Assembly: GCA_044371865.1 (NCBI GenBank)
Contig: JBILST010000001.1
Coordinates: 1 to 42,721 of the forward strand
DNA from: Flavobacterium sp.
GTDB lineage: Bacteria > Bacteroidota > Bacteroidia > Flavobacteriales > Flavobacteriaceae
Reading direction: 5' to 3'
Length of the DNA stretch: 42,721 nt
The position numbers and the translations under genes are program-made. Positions 1 to 9,504 of this stretch are shown here, piece by piece. The notes under the pieces are model-generated. The model saw nothing but the letters and a program-made list of their open reading frames with translations. It ran no database searches and had not been told where the DNA came from. The stretch's first letter is position 1; the number at the start of each line of letters is the position of its first letter.

Positions 1-1
1 C

Positions 2-250
2 GAAGAGTATAAAATTATTAAAGAAGGAGTAGAAATTATTCTACCTCGTAAAGAGTTTGAATTGTTTTATCTTTTGGCTACGAAACCTGGAAAAGTTTTT
101 ACTAGGGAAGAAATATTAGATAAAGTTTGGGGTAATGAAGTGGTTGTTGGAGGAAGAACAATTGATGTTCATATCAGAAAGCTTAGAGAAAAAATAGGGG
201 ACGATTTCTTTAAAACCATTAAAGGAGTGGGATACAAAATTGAATTTTAA
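2..250 (+). CDS. OmpR/PhoB-family response regulator, C-terminal winged-helix part (5' truncated by window)
   Basis: Frame open from window start; VFTREEILDKVWG...RTIDVHIRKLREK...KGVGYK is the OmpR DNA-binding signature; stop overlaps the kinase start. Confidence 0.92.
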   Translation, partial: EEYKIIKEGVEIILPRKEFELFYLLATKPGKVFTREEILDKVWGNEVVVGGRTIDVHIRKLREKIGDDFFKTIKGVGYKIEF

Positions 251-1293
251 TGCAAATAAAATTTAAAAAATCATATAAATTTGCTTTAAAGTCTTCTTTT
301 TACATAACATTATTCTTTTTAGCGGTTATTTTATTGTATCATTTTTTTATTCAGCCATTACATTTATTAATTGTATTGGCTTTTTCGATTGTTTTTTATT
401 TTGCTACCTTTTTTTTAATTCAATTTAGAGTAGAACATTTTATTTACAAAAGAGTAAAAAAAATATATGATGATGTTTCACTTTTAGAAAACACTTCATA
501 TATAAATCAGCCAGTAACTACAGATATGGCAACATTAACTAAAGAAGTTAAGAAATTTGCCAGAGACAAAAAATTAGAAATTGAAACCTTAAAAATTAGA
601 GAGGAATATCGTAAAGAATTTTTAGGAAATGTTTCCCACGAATTAAAAACTCCGTTATTTACCATTCAAGGCTATTTACTTACACTTTTAGATGGTGCAA
701 TGGAGGATAAAAATATTCGAGCAAAATATTTAGAACGTGCTGAAAAAGGAGTTGAACGGTTAATTTACATTGTGAAAGATTTGGATATGATAACCAAATT
801 AGAAGTAGGTGAAATTAATTTAGATGTTTCAAGATTTGATATAGTTGAATTGATTCAGAATGTTTTTGATTTATTTGAAATGAAAGCTGCTAATAAGAAC
901 ATCACCTTAACCTTTGATACTCGATATGCCAAGCCAATTTGGGTAATGGCAGATCAGGAAAAAATTCAGCAAGTGGTTACAAACTTGGTTGTAAATTCAA
1001 TTAAGTATGGAAGAAAAGGCGGAACAACCGAAGTCAGTATAGAAGATTTAATAAAAAATAAAATAATTGTAAGAATTACCGATAATGGCGAAGGAATTGC
1101 GAAGCCAAATATCCCGCGTTTGTTTGAACGTTTTTATCGGGTTGATAAAAGTGGCGCTAGAAGTGAAGGTGGTTCAGGTTTAGGATTGGCAATCGTAAAA
1201 CATATTATAGAAGGTCATGATGAAAAAATATATGTTGAAAGCCAAATTGGAGTTGGCTCAGAGTTTTCATTTACTTTGGAAAAGACTAAATAA
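250..1293 (+). CDS. Sensor histidine kinase, PhoR-like
   Basis: Two N-terminal TM segments, H-box VSHELKTP, N-box NLVVNSIKY, DNGEGI and GSGLGLAI G-boxes. Confidence 0.93.
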   Translation: MQIKFKKSYKFALKSSFYITLFFLAVILLYHFFIQPLHLLIVLAFSIVFYFATFFLIQFRVEHFIYKRVKKIYDDVSLLENTSYINQPVTTDMATLTKEVKKFARDKKLEIETLKIREEYRKEFLGNVSHELKTPLFTIQGYLLTLLDGAMEDKNIRAKYLERAEKGVERLIYIVKDLDMITKLEVGEINLDVSRFDIVELIQNVFDLFEMKAANKNITLTFDTRYAKPIWVMADQEKIQQVVTNLVVNSIKYGRKGGTTEVSIEDLIKNKIIVRITDNGEGIAKPNIPRLFERFYRVDKSGARSEGGSGLGLAIVKHIIEGHDEKIYVESQIGVGSEFSFTLEKTK

Positions 1294-2322
1294 TTCGCTC
1301 CAATTTTGCTCAACAGATAAATCTTTAAAGCCTTTATAAAAATAAATTTTTTCTAGTTTAGAAATTTTAAATTTCTCTTGTTTACAGCTAGGTGCAATAA
1401 TTTCTGATTTAAACTTTTTAGCTAAATATTCTTGTTCATACTGACCTGGTGTAGGAATAAAAAAAGCTTTTTTCTCTAATTTTGCTAAATCCATTATAGT
1501 AGTATAACCTGAACGGCATACAACCACATCACTTTCATTAAAAGCAGTGCTTAATTCCTCTGAATTCATGTAGTTATAATACGTAATTGAATTTATTTTT
1601 TCAATTTGTTGGGTAGGCTCTACAACACCTTTAACGAAAAGAATTTCCTTTTCACTTTTTTCTAATTCTTTAGTTAATCTTTTCTCGAGTAATGTTCGTT
1701 GCGGTTCTGGTCCTGAAAGTAAAACCATAAGATCATATTTTATGGGCAACGATTTTTTTTCTATTCGACTTAAAGGGCCAATATATTTTATCTGTTTATT
1801 TGATTTTTCTATGTGACCTAGTTTTCCTGATAAATTCTCAACGCCAGCAACATCAGGAACCCAACAAGTGTTAAATTTGGAAACATAACGTAAATGAAGT
1901 TTTGTTGTTAACCAAGAAGTATTTCCTGAAAGCACATTTAATTGATGTGTTATAAAAACAGAAGGCACGTTAGCTGAATAAACACCCAAACGGTTGTCGC
2001 TTATAATACCTGAGATCTCATAATTTTCAATAATTTTTTTAATTTTTGATTTCTCTTTTTTTATGGCGAGTAACATTTTTGGCATTTGATAGGCTAATTT
2101 CCATTTGAAGTTCTTGCCTTTTTCTGCATATTTAATATTGTAAGAAGGTAATTCGAGGGTAATTAAATGCGGAAATTCTTTCTTAAGTAATGCTAAGGCT
2201 ACTCCGTCTGAAGCAATAATAGGATTAAAACCGTTTTCTTCAAGAGCTTTTATTATTGGAATACATCTTGTGGCGTGTCCTAATCCCCAATTTAGTGGCG
2301 CTATGAGTATGTTTTTATTCAT
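1267..2322 (-). CDS. Glycosyltransferase, GT-B fold (GT28/MurG-like)
   Basis: WGLGHATR N-terminal motif; RSGYTT and PTPGQYEQ C-terminal motifs. Confidence 0.85.
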   Translation of the reverse strand: MNKNILIAPLNWGLGHATRCIPIIKALEENGFNPIIASDGVALALLKKEFPHLITLELPSYNIKYAEKGKNFKWKLAYQMPKMLLAIKKEKSKIKKIIENYEISGIISDNRLGVYSANVPSVFITHQLNVLSGNTSWLTTKLHLRYVSKFNTCWVPDVAGVENLSGKLGHIEKSNKQIKYIGPLSRIEKKSLPIKYDLMVLLSGPEPQRTLLEKRLTKELEKSEKEILFVKGVVEPTQQIEKINSITYYNYMNSEELSTAFNESDVVVCRSGYTTIMDLAKLEKKAFFIPTPGQYEQEYLAKKFKSEIIAPSCKQEKFKISKLEKIYFYKGFKDLSVEQNWSELFSLFQSK

Positions 2323-2366
2323 TCTAGTTTATTGATACAAATTGAACCATTAAGGAATTAAATGGA

Positions 2367-3188
2367 TTATTTTTTTAGAATAGTAATGAATTGTTCGGCT
2401 AGTTTATTTTCGCTTTCAAAATTATATTCTTCATCCTCGGTTACTTTATTTACTTCGTGTTTGTATAATTTCCATTTTTTGTTGTTGTATTCTAAAGCGG
2501 TTAAGTTCTCAACCCAGTCGCCTGAATTCAAATAGAACGTTTCTCCTTTTTCATTTTCCATTAACTCAATTTTTGGTTCGTGGATATGACCGCAAATTAC
2601 ATAATCGTAGTTGTTTTCAATAGCTAACTCAACACAAACATTTTCAAAGTTAGTAATAAATTTTACGGCAGATTTTACATTGTTTTTAATTTTTTTCGAA
2701 AGCGAATAAGGTTCTTTGTTAAATCTAGCTAATATCCAATTGATAAATCGATTAATCAAGATTAAGATATCATAACCCCAACCACCTAATTTTGCTAACC
2801 ATTTTGCTTGAGTTATTGACGCATCAAAAACATCGCCATGAAAAATCCATGCTTTTTTTCCGTCTAATTCTAAAACTAATTTGTTTTCAAGACTTAAGTT
2901 GCCCAAATGTAAGTCGGTAAATTTTCGTAAGAATTCGTCATGATTTCCCGTTAAGTAATGCACTTTTGTTCCTTTTGAACTTAATGAAATGATTTTCTTA
3001 ATTACATTCAAATGACTTGCGGGAAAATAAGATTTTCTAAATTGCCAAATATCAATAATATCGCCATTTAGAATTAAAATTTTAGGTTTTATTGAAGACA
3101 AATATGCTAACAATTCTTTTGCATGACAGCCATATGTTCCCAAATGAACATCTGAAATTACAACAACTTCTACCTTTCTTTTCTTCAA
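2367..3188 (-). CDS. UDP-2,3-diacylglucosamine diphosphatase-like metallophosphoesterase (LpxH family)
   Basis: SDVHLG, GDIID, GNHD, HGD and GHIH calcineurin-like motifs; TTG at 3188 preferred because the ORF-track TTG at 3206 lies in a -7-like box. Confidence 0.85.
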   Translation of the reverse strand: MKKRKVEVVVISDVHLGTYGCHAKELLAYLSSIKPKILILNGDIIDIWQFRKSYFPASHLNVIKKIISLSSKGTKVHYLTGNHDEFLRKFTDLHLGNLSLENKLVLELDGKKAWIFHGDVFDASITQAKWLAKLGGWGYDILILINRFINWILARFNKEPYSLSKKIKNNVKSAVKFITNFENVCVELAIENNYDYVICGHIHEPKIELMENEKGETFYLNSGDWVENLTALEYNNKKWKLYKHEVNKVTEDEEYNFESENKLAEQFITILKK

Positions 3189-3280
3189 AATAATACTTTT
3201 TTGCAAAGCAATAAAATATTTCTATTGTTAAGGTTATTGAAACATTATTAAAAGATTATTTGTAGTGCTAATTATTTCCT

Positions 3281-3288
3281 TAATTTTG
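3281..3288 (+). promoter_or_regulatory. Bacteroidota sigma-A -7 element for trmB
   Basis: TAATTTTG matches TAnnTTTG, 17 nt before the GTG start. Confidence 0.6.
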
Positions 3289-3305
3289 CCCAAAATATAT
3301 TAAAG

Positions 3306-3980
3306 GTGGGAAGTAAAAATAAATTAAAAAGATTCAGTGAGAACGAAACGTTTGACAATGTTTTTCAACCAACACGAGAAGAAGTTGTAGGTAACGAATT
3401 TCCATTAAGAGGTAAATGGAACAATGAATTTTTTAAAAACGACAATCCAATTGTATTAGAATTAGGTTGTGGAAAAGGCGAATATTCTGTTGGTTTAGCG
3501 GAAAGATTTCCAGAAAAAAACTTTATTGGAATAGATATTAAAGGTGCAAGATTTTGGCGTGGAGCAAAAACTGCGGTAGAATCAGGCATGAATAATGTAG
3601 CTTTTGTAAGAACACAAATCGAATTAATTCAACATATTTTTGCTGAAAATGAAGTGTCTGAAATTTGGATCACCTTCCCAGATCCGCAAATCAAATATAA
3701 AAGAACCAAGCATAGAATGACTAATGCTGCATTTTTGGAGAATTATAAAAACATCTTAAAACCAAGCGGCTTGATGCACTTAAAAACTGATTCAGAATTT
3801 ATGCATGGATATACATTAGGGTTGTTACATGGTTTAGGGCATGAAGTTCTTTATGCGAATCATAATATTTATAAAAATGAAGGTGCTCCTGCAGAAGTAA
3901 CTGGAATTCAAACCTTTTATGAAAGTCAATATTTAGAAGTTAACAAACCAATTACTTATATTCAGTTTAGAATTAAGTAA
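3306..3980 (+). CDS. trmB: tRNA (guanine-N7)-methyltransferase
   Basis: LELGCGKG SAM motif, FPDP, HLKTD. Confidence 0.95.
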   Translation: MGSKNKLKRFSENETFDNVFQPTREEVVGNEFPLRGKWNNEFFKNDNPIVLELGCGKGEYSVGLAERFPEKNFIGIDIKGARFWRGAKTAVESGMNNVAFVRTQIELIQHIFAENEVSEIWITFPDPQIKYKRTKHRMTNAAFLENYKNILKPSGLMHLKTDSEFMHGYTLGLLHGLGHEVLYANHNIYKNEGAPAEVTGIQTFYESQYLEVNKPITYIQFRIK

Positions 3981-4033
3981 TGTATGTTACATTCATTTTG
4001 TAATTGTTCCTTACTTTTGATAAAAATCAATTT

Positions 4034-4660
4034 ATGACGTTTGTTTTAGCCATTTTTTTAGGTTTGATAATTTCTATAGGAGGTATCATTATTCCAGGCA
4101 TGTTAAATATGACTATTGCCAAATTGAGTATTAAAGAAAACCAAAAACAAGCGCTCAACTTTGCTTTTGGAGCAGTGGTGGTGGTTTTTGTTCAAAGTTT
4201 TTTAGGAACCTATTTTGCAAAGTTTTTAGATGCTAACCCTATTTTTAGTGAAGGATTAAAGAAAGTAGGAACCTTTATATTTATTGGTTTAACGATAGCC
4301 TTCACTGTAATGGGCATTAATGCCAAAAAGAAAAAAAACATTAAAGTTAAAATCGATAAAAAAAGAAATCGTTTTTTTTATGGAATGGCAATGTCCTCTT
4401 TTAATATGTTTGCGATTCCTTGGTATGCACTAACTAGTTTAATGATGTCTTCAAAAGATTTGTTTCACTATGACATGATTTCTATTGTGCTGTTTTCTCT
4501 TTCGGCTGCTATAGGAACTTATTTCGTTTTTTATTTATATGCGCGCTTTTTTAAATTAATTGAGCATAAACTAACATTCATTGTAAAAAACATCAATTTT
4601 TTAATTGCTGCTTTAACCGGAATTGTTGCAATTTCTTCGCTTTATAAAATGTACCTTTAG
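4034..4660 (+). CDS. LysE-type membrane transporter
   Basis: About six hydrophobic segments, IIPGMLNM (LysE PG-N motif); ATG 4034 follows TACTTTTG at 4012-4019. Confidence 0.7.
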   Translation: MTFVLAIFLGLIISIGGIIIPGMLNMTIAKLSIKENQKQALNFAFGAVVVVFVQSFLGTYFAKFLDANPIFSEGLKKVGTFIFIGLTIAFTVMGINAKKKKNIKVKIDKKRNRFFYGMAMSSFNMFAIPWYALTSLMMSSKDLFHYDMISIVLFSLSAAIGTYFVFYLYARFFKLIEHKLTFIVKNINFLIAALTGIVAISSLYKMYL

Positions 4661-4664
4661 TCTT

Positions 4665-5006
4665 TTGGACAAACCAACTTTAAATAATGATAACTTTTTT
4701 GAACGTGTTTATGAAATCGTTCGACAAATTCCTGTAGGAAAAGTTACATCCTACGGTGCCATTGCAAAAGCCTTAGGTACGGCTCGTTCTGCCAGAATGG
4801 TAGGTTGGGCAATGAATGCTTCACATAATTTAGAAGATGTTCCAGCACATCGTGTCGTAAATAGGTTAGGGATGCTTTCTGGGAAACATCATTTTGAAGG
4901 TACAAATCTAATGCAGCAACTTCTTGAAAATGAAGGAATAAGAATTAAAGATAACCAGGTCTTAGATTTTAAAAAACATTTTTGGGAACCAATATCAAAA
5001 AAATAA
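4665..5006 (+). CDS. MGMT/alkyltransferase-like (Atl/YbaZ-type) protein
   Basis: IPVGKVTSYGAIA, ARMVGWAM; PAHRVV lacks the catalytic Cys of PCHRV, so ATL type; start uncertain (TTG 4665 or 4623). Confidence 0.85.
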   Translation: MDKPTLNNDNFFERVYEIVRQIPVGKVTSYGAIAKALGTARSARMVGWAMNASHNLEDVPAHRVVNRLGMLSGKHHFEGTNLMQQLLENEGIRIKDNQVLDFKKHFWEPISKK

Positions 5007-5083
5007 TTCAACCATTTCTTAGGCCGAGTTTATTGAGCTAATTAAACACTTCTTAAAATAATATTAACATTTTTTTGTAAATG

Positions 5084-5095
5084 TGACAATTGTCA
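5084..5095. promoter_or_regulatory. CRP/FNR-type operator palindrome
   Basis: Perfect 12-bp palindrome TGACAATTGTCA (context TGTGA-N6-TCATG); ends 31 nt before the G of the -7-like GAAATTTG at 5119-5126. Confidence 0.6.
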
Positions 5096-5171
5096 TGTAT
5101 TAACTTTTTTTTTAAACTGAAATTTGTACTATAAAATTAGAACAAGTAATAAATTTTAAAAATTAGGTATT

Positions 5172-5759
5172 ATGAGCAATTTAAAAACACAGTTTGGAAC
5201 TATTCTAACACTTGTATTTGTATTATGTAATTTTATTACTTCAGTTGCACAAGAATCTAAAGTGGTTTTAGCAGAAAGCAAATTAGTAGTAGATGGAACT
5301 TCAAACGTGCATGACTGGACAATAGAAGCAAAAGCAATGAGCGGCAAGGCTTCAGTAACTATAGAAGCCGGCGATTTAAAAGCAATTAAAAATTTAGATT
5401 TTATTGTTGAAGTCGAGCAATTAAAAAGCGGAAAAAGTGGAATGGATAAAAATACTTTTAAAGCTTTAAAAAGTACTACAAACAAAAACATCAGTTTCAA
5501 ATTAGTTAAAGTTATTAAAATCACAACAGTTTCAGATAATAACTATACAATAGAAACACAAGGCGATTTAACTATTGCTGGAGCAACAAAAAGAATCAAT
5601 CAAACTTTTACAGTTAAACTTGTTGGAAAAAAACTAATTTTTTCTGGTAAACAAAAAGTCGACATGACACTTTACGGGGTTGAGCCTCCTAAAGCATTAA
5701 TGGGAACAATTAAAACAGGTAAAGATGTTACAGTCGATTTTAAAGTAACATACAATTAA
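5172..5759 (+). CDS. YceI-family (lipid/polyisoprenoid-binding) secreted protein
   Basis: Signal peptide; GTSNVHDW, LKSGKSGMD, GDLTIAG and YGVEPP are typical of Bacteroidota YceI. Confidence 0.85.
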   Translation: MSNLKTQFGTILTLVFVLCNFITSVAQESKVVLAESKLVVDGTSNVHDWTIEAKAMSGKASVTIEAGDLKAIKNLDFIVEVEQLKSGKSGMDKNTFKALKSTTNKNISFKLVKVIKITTVSDNNYTIETQGDLTIAGATKRINQTFTVKLVGKKLIFSGKQKVDMTLYGVEPPKALMGTIKTGKDVTVDFKVTYN

Positions 5760-5798
5760 GAACTTATAACTAAAACACATATATTAAATTTAAAAATC

Positions 5799-7208
5799 AT
5801 GAGAACATTTATTAAATTATCAGCACTGATAGCAGCCCTAAGTTTTACTGGTGTATCACAGGGTCAATCGACAACTTTTGGACAAATGCAAAATATGATT
5901 CCAAGAGACCAAAGAGCAATTAATCAATTTGATGTTAAAAAGGATAGTGTAGAATTTAAAGGACTAAGCATTGATTTAGGTGGTGCTTTTGCATTGCAAT
6001 TTCAAGCAATGAATTCTTTTAATGATCAACAAGGAGGAACTTATGTAGCTTCAAATGGAGCAGCAATTACAAATTATAGATTAAATAATTTGGAAAACCA
6101 ATTTAATTTACCAACTGCAAATATGACAATTGGAGCTCAATTATATGATGGAGTTCGTGTAAATTTAGATTTATATTTAGCAGCAAGACACCATAACGAA
6201 ACTTGGGTAAAAGGTGGATATTTACAAATCGACAAATTAGATTTCATTAAAAAAGATTTCTTAGCTGGATTCATGAAATATGCTACTATTAAAATTGGAC
6301 AAATGGAAAACAACTACGGTGATGCCCATTTTAGAAGATCTGATAATGGTAGTGCGCTAGTAAACCCATTCATCGAAAGTAATATTATGGATTCATTTAC
6401 AACAGAAATGGGTGCTGAAATTTACTATAATAGAAGTGGTTTTGTTTCAATGTTTGGTATGACTAACGGTAAATTGAATCAAAATGTTACAGAGTTTGTT
6501 ACTTCAACAGCAACTGTTGCAGCTCCAGATCCTAACACAACAATTAGTCCAACAATTTTAGCTAAATTAGGTTACGACAAACAATTAAATAAAGATTTAA
6601 GAGTAAGATTAACAGGATCATTAGCGCATAATGCTAATATGAGTGGTAATCCATGGAGTTCAGAAAGAGCTGGTAGCCGTTATTACTATGTAATGTCTCA
6701 TGGAGCTTATAACTATAATGCAACTAGTGTAACAAATAATGCAACAACAGATTTAGCTGCAAATGCAACAACAGGTAGATTTAATCCTGGATTTGGTAAC
6801 TGGTTTACAACGGTAATGTTCAATCCATTTGTGAAATTTAAAGGATTTGAATTCTTTGGAACTGTTGAGTTAGCTAAAGGTGGTGATAAAAAAGGAGTAG
6901 ATGCTGCTCGTAAAGTAAATCAATACGCAGGAGATGTAGTGTACAGATTTGGTACAGACGAAAAATTCTATGTAGGTGCAAGATATAATGTTGTATCAGG
7001 TAAATTAGCAAATGCAGATGTTGATAAAGTAAGTGTAAATAGATTTGAATCAACAGTAGGTTGGTTTATGACTAAAAACATTTTGGCAAAATTAGCTTAC
7101 ACAACTCAATCATATAAAGATTTTACACAATTTAGTGGAAATAGTTTAAATGATTTATACGGTGGAAAATTCAACGGATTAATGTTTGAAGCTGTAATTA
7201 CTTTCTAA
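5799..7208 (+). CDS. Putative outer-membrane beta-barrel protein of unknown function
   Basis: Signal peptide, amphipathic aromatic/Gly-rich strands, C-terminal BAM-type signal LMFEAVITF. Confidence 0.7.
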   Translation: MRTFIKLSALIAALSFTGVSQGQSTTFGQMQNMIPRDQRAINQFDVKKDSVEFKGLSIDLGGAFALQFQAMNSFNDQQGGTYVASNGAAITNYRLNNLENQFNLPTANMTIGAQLYDGVRVNLDLYLAARHHNETWVKGGYLQIDKLDFIKKDFLAGFMKYATIKIGQMENNYGDAHFRRSDNGSALVNPFIESNIMDSFTTEMGAEIYYNRSGFVSMFGMTNGKLNQNVTEFVTSTATVAAPDPNTTISPTILAKLGYDKQLNKDLRVRLTGSLAHNANMSGNPWSSERAGSRYYYVMSHGAYNYNATSVTNNATTDLAANATTGRFNPGFGNWFTTVMFNPFVKFKGFEFFGTVELAKGGDKKGVDAARKVNQYAGDVVYRFGTDEKFYVGARYNVVSGKLANADVDKVSVNRFESTVGWFMTKNILAKLAYTTQSYKDFTQFSGNSLNDLYGGKFNGLMFEAVITF

Positions 7209-7224
7209 AAAAATAAGTAAATTT

Positions 7225-7256
7225 AAAAGCGAAAAGCAACATTGCTTTTCGCTTTT
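7225..7256 (+). terminator. Intrinsic terminator or stabilising hairpin between the OMP and the second yceI
   Basis: AAAAGCGAAAAGCAA-CA-TTGCTTTTCGCTTTT perfect inverted repeat. Confidence 0.75.
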
Positions 7257-7267
7257 GTTTTAAGATT

Positions 7268-7825
7268 ATGAAATCAATACGTATAATAGCCATTTTGATT
7301 TTTTTAAGTTTTGGTTTTTCAAAAAACCAATCCAAAGTTAAAATCACTAATAAAAGCGAGGTAACTATTAAAGGAAAGTCTAATGTTAATAGTTTTGAAT
7401 GTAAATACAATTCAGAATTCATTGAGAATGATTTGCATGTTTCTATATCAAGGAATAATTCGAAAATACTATTAGAAGGCGCTAAACTAGATATAAAAAG
7501 TACTGGTTTTGATTGTGCGCATAAAATGATTACTAAAGATTTTAAATCGATTCTTAAAGCAGAAGAATATCCTCATATTGTATTAAATGTAAAAGAGATA
7601 AATGCAATAAAAGAGAACATTACCGCAAAAATAAATGTAAAAATAGCTGGAATAGAAAAAGAGTATATGGTTCCAGTAGTTTATAATCAAAATAATGGTA
7701 ATGTAAAAGGCCAGTTGAAATTGAATATCAAAGATTTTAAATTGAAATCTCCTAAAAAATTATTAGGCATGGTGGTAGTTAATGACAATGTTGAAATCAT
7801 TTTCAATTTGTTTTTACAGTATTAA
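7268..7825 (+). CDS. YceI-family secreted protein (second, divergent copy)
   Basis: Signal peptide; GKSNVNSFEC, FDCAHKMITKDF, IAG and FKLKSP. Confidence 0.75.
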   Translation: MKSIRIIAILIFLSFGFSKNQSKVKITNKSEVTIKGKSNVNSFECKYNSEFIENDLHVSISRNNSKILLEGAKLDIKSTGFDCAHKMITKDFKSILKAEEYPHIVLNVKEINAIKENITAKINVKIAGIEKEYMVPVVYNQNNGNVKGQLKLNIKDFKLKSPKKLLGMVVVNDNVEIIFNLFLQY

Positions 7826-7848
7826 TAATTCAATTTTTCAGTTAGTTT

Positions 7849-7881
7849 AAAAGCAATCTTTGTAAAAAGATTGCTTTTTTT
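7849..7881 (+). terminator. Intrinsic terminator
   Basis: AAAAGCAATCTTT...AAAGATTGCTTTTTTT. Confidence 0.75.
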
Positions 7882-7917
7882 ATACTATAGATTATAACTA
7901 TCAAATTATAAAAACTT

Positions 7918-8029
7918 TAAACACCTAAACTTTTTAAACTCTTAAACTTCTTATTATCTTTGCAATTCGTATTCAGTTTAAATAAAAAGTAAAATACTTT
8001 AAAATCTTTAAACTAATAAACTTTTAAAC
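7918..8029. repeat. Two degenerate ~8-nt TAAAC arrays flanking the mrp promoter
   Basis: TAAAC at 7918, 7926, 7935, 7943 and at 8009, 8017, 8025; -7 box TATCTTTG at 7955-7962 lies between them. Confidence 0.55.
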
Positions 8030-8035
8030 AAGAAA

Positions 8036-9175
8036 ATGAAATTAGATAGAAAAGAAATTTTAACTGCATTAGAAACCATTTCTGTTGCAGGTGAAGGAAA
8101 AAATATGGTGGAAAGTGGTGCAGTTCAAAACGTAATCACCTTTGGAGATGAGGTTGTTGTAGATCTTGTTTTAGCAACTCCAGCATTGCATATTAAAAAA
8201 CGAGCTGAAGTAGATATCATCAAAGTTATCCACGAAAAAGTATACGAAAAAGCAAAAGTAAAAGTCAATATTAAGGTGGAGGCACCAGAAAAACCGGAAA
8301 ATCCTAATTTAATTAGAGGGAAACAAATTCCTGGAATTTCTAATATTATAGCAGTAGCCTCTGGTAAAGGTGGTGTTGGTAAATCTACAATTACAGCGAA
8401 TTTAGCAGTTTCTTTAGCTAAAATGGGATTTAAAGTGGGTATTTTAGATGCCGATATTTATGGGCCTTCAATGCCAATCATGTTTGATGTTGAAAATTCG
8501 AAACCTATTTCTGTTGAGGTTGACGGAAAATCAAAAATGCAACCTGTTTCAAGTTATGGTGTAGAAATTTTGTCTATCGGATTTTTTACAAAACCAGATC
8601 AAGCGGTTATTTGGAGAGGTCCAATGGCTGCCAAAGCTTTAAATCAAATGATTTTTGATGCTAATTGGGGCGAATTAGATTTCATGTTAATCGATTTACC
8701 ACCGGGAACAGGAGATATTCACTTGTCAATTATGCAATCGTTGCCAATTACTGGTGCGGTTGTCGTAAGTACTCCACAAGCGGTTGCTTTAGCGGATGCT
8801 AAAAAAGGAGTTTCTATGTTTATGTCGGAATCTATCAATGTTCCGGTTTTAGGAATTATTGAAAACATGGCTTATTTTACACCAGAAGAACTTCCTGAAA
8901 ATAAATATTATATCTTTGGTAAAGAAGGAGCTAAAAACTTAGCAGCAGATTTACAAGTACCTCTTTTAGGAGAAGTGCCTTTAGTGCAAAGCATTCGCGA
9001 AGCAGGAGATTACGGTCGTCCAGCAGCATTACAAACTGCATCAGTTTTAGAAGGTGTTTTTGAAACAATTACAAGAAATGTAGTACAAGAAACAGTTAGT
9101 AGAAACGAAACTTTGCCACCAACTGAAGCAATCAAAATAACAACAATGGCAGGATGTTCTGCTGTAAAAAAATAG
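8036..9175 (+). CDS. mrp: Mrp/NBP35 (ApbC) Fe-S cluster carrier ATPase
   Basis: SGKGGVGKST, DADIYGPS, DLPPGTGD, ENMAYF. Confidence 0.95.
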   Translation: MKLDRKEILTALETISVAGEGKNMVESGAVQNVITFGDEVVVDLVLATPALHIKKRAEVDIIKVIHEKVYEKAKVKVNIKVEAPEKPENPNLIRGKQIPGISNIIAVASGKGGVGKSTITANLAVSLAKMGFKVGILDADIYGPSMPIMFDVENSKPISVEVDGKSKMQPVSSYGVEILSIGFFTKPDQAVIWRGPMAAKALNQMIFDANWGELDFMLIDLPPGTGDIHLSIMQSLPITGAVVVSTPQAVALADAKKGVSMFMSESINVPVLGIIENMAYFTPEELPENKYYIFGKEGAKNLAADLQVPLLGEVPLVQSIREAGDYGRPAALQTASVLEGVFETITRNVVQETVSRNETLPPTEAIKITTMAGCSAVKK

Positions 9176-9244
9176 TATTCAGTTTACAGTCTCAGTTTAC
9201 AGTTAAAGCTGTTTACTGCGACTGAAAACTGCGACTGAAAACTA
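9173..9244. repeat. Imperfect inverted repeat built from CAGT-based 6/7-mers (cargo-less element)
   Basis: Left arm TAGTATT-CAGTTTA-CAGTCT-CAGTTTA-CAGT (9173-9203); right arm ACTGCG-ACTGAAA-ACTGCG-ACTGAAA-ACTA (9215-9244). Confidence 0.75.
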
Positions 9245-9251
9245 AAAAAAT

Positions 9252-9491
9252 ATGACTACAATAGAAATAAAAAATAACGTTGAAAAAGCCTTAGAAGAAA
9301 TTCGTCCATTTTTGAATTCTGATGGGGGTAATATTTCATTAGTAGAAATTATTGATGACAAACATGTAAAGGTTCGCTTAGAGGGTGCTTGTACAAGTTG
9401 TAATTTCAGCGTGAGTACAATGAAAGCCGGCGTGGAAACTACAATAAAAAAATACGCACCTCAAATTGAAACAGTCGAAAACATAGCATAA
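9252..9491 (+). CDS. NifU/NfuA-domain Fe-S scaffold protein
   Basis: IRPFLNSDGG and LEGACTSC (CxxC). Confidence 0.93.
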   Translation: MTTIEIKNNVEKALEEIRPFLNSDGGNISLVEIIDDKHVKVRLEGACTSCNFSVSTMKAGVETTIKKYAPQIETVENIA

Positions 9492-9492
9492 C

Positions 9493-9504
9493 TGATGATT
9501 ATCA
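9493..9504. promoter_or_regulatory. FNR-like operator palindrome
   Basis: TGAT-gatt-ATCA; ends 31 nt before the G of the -7-like CAATTTTG at 9528-9535. Confidence 0.55.
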
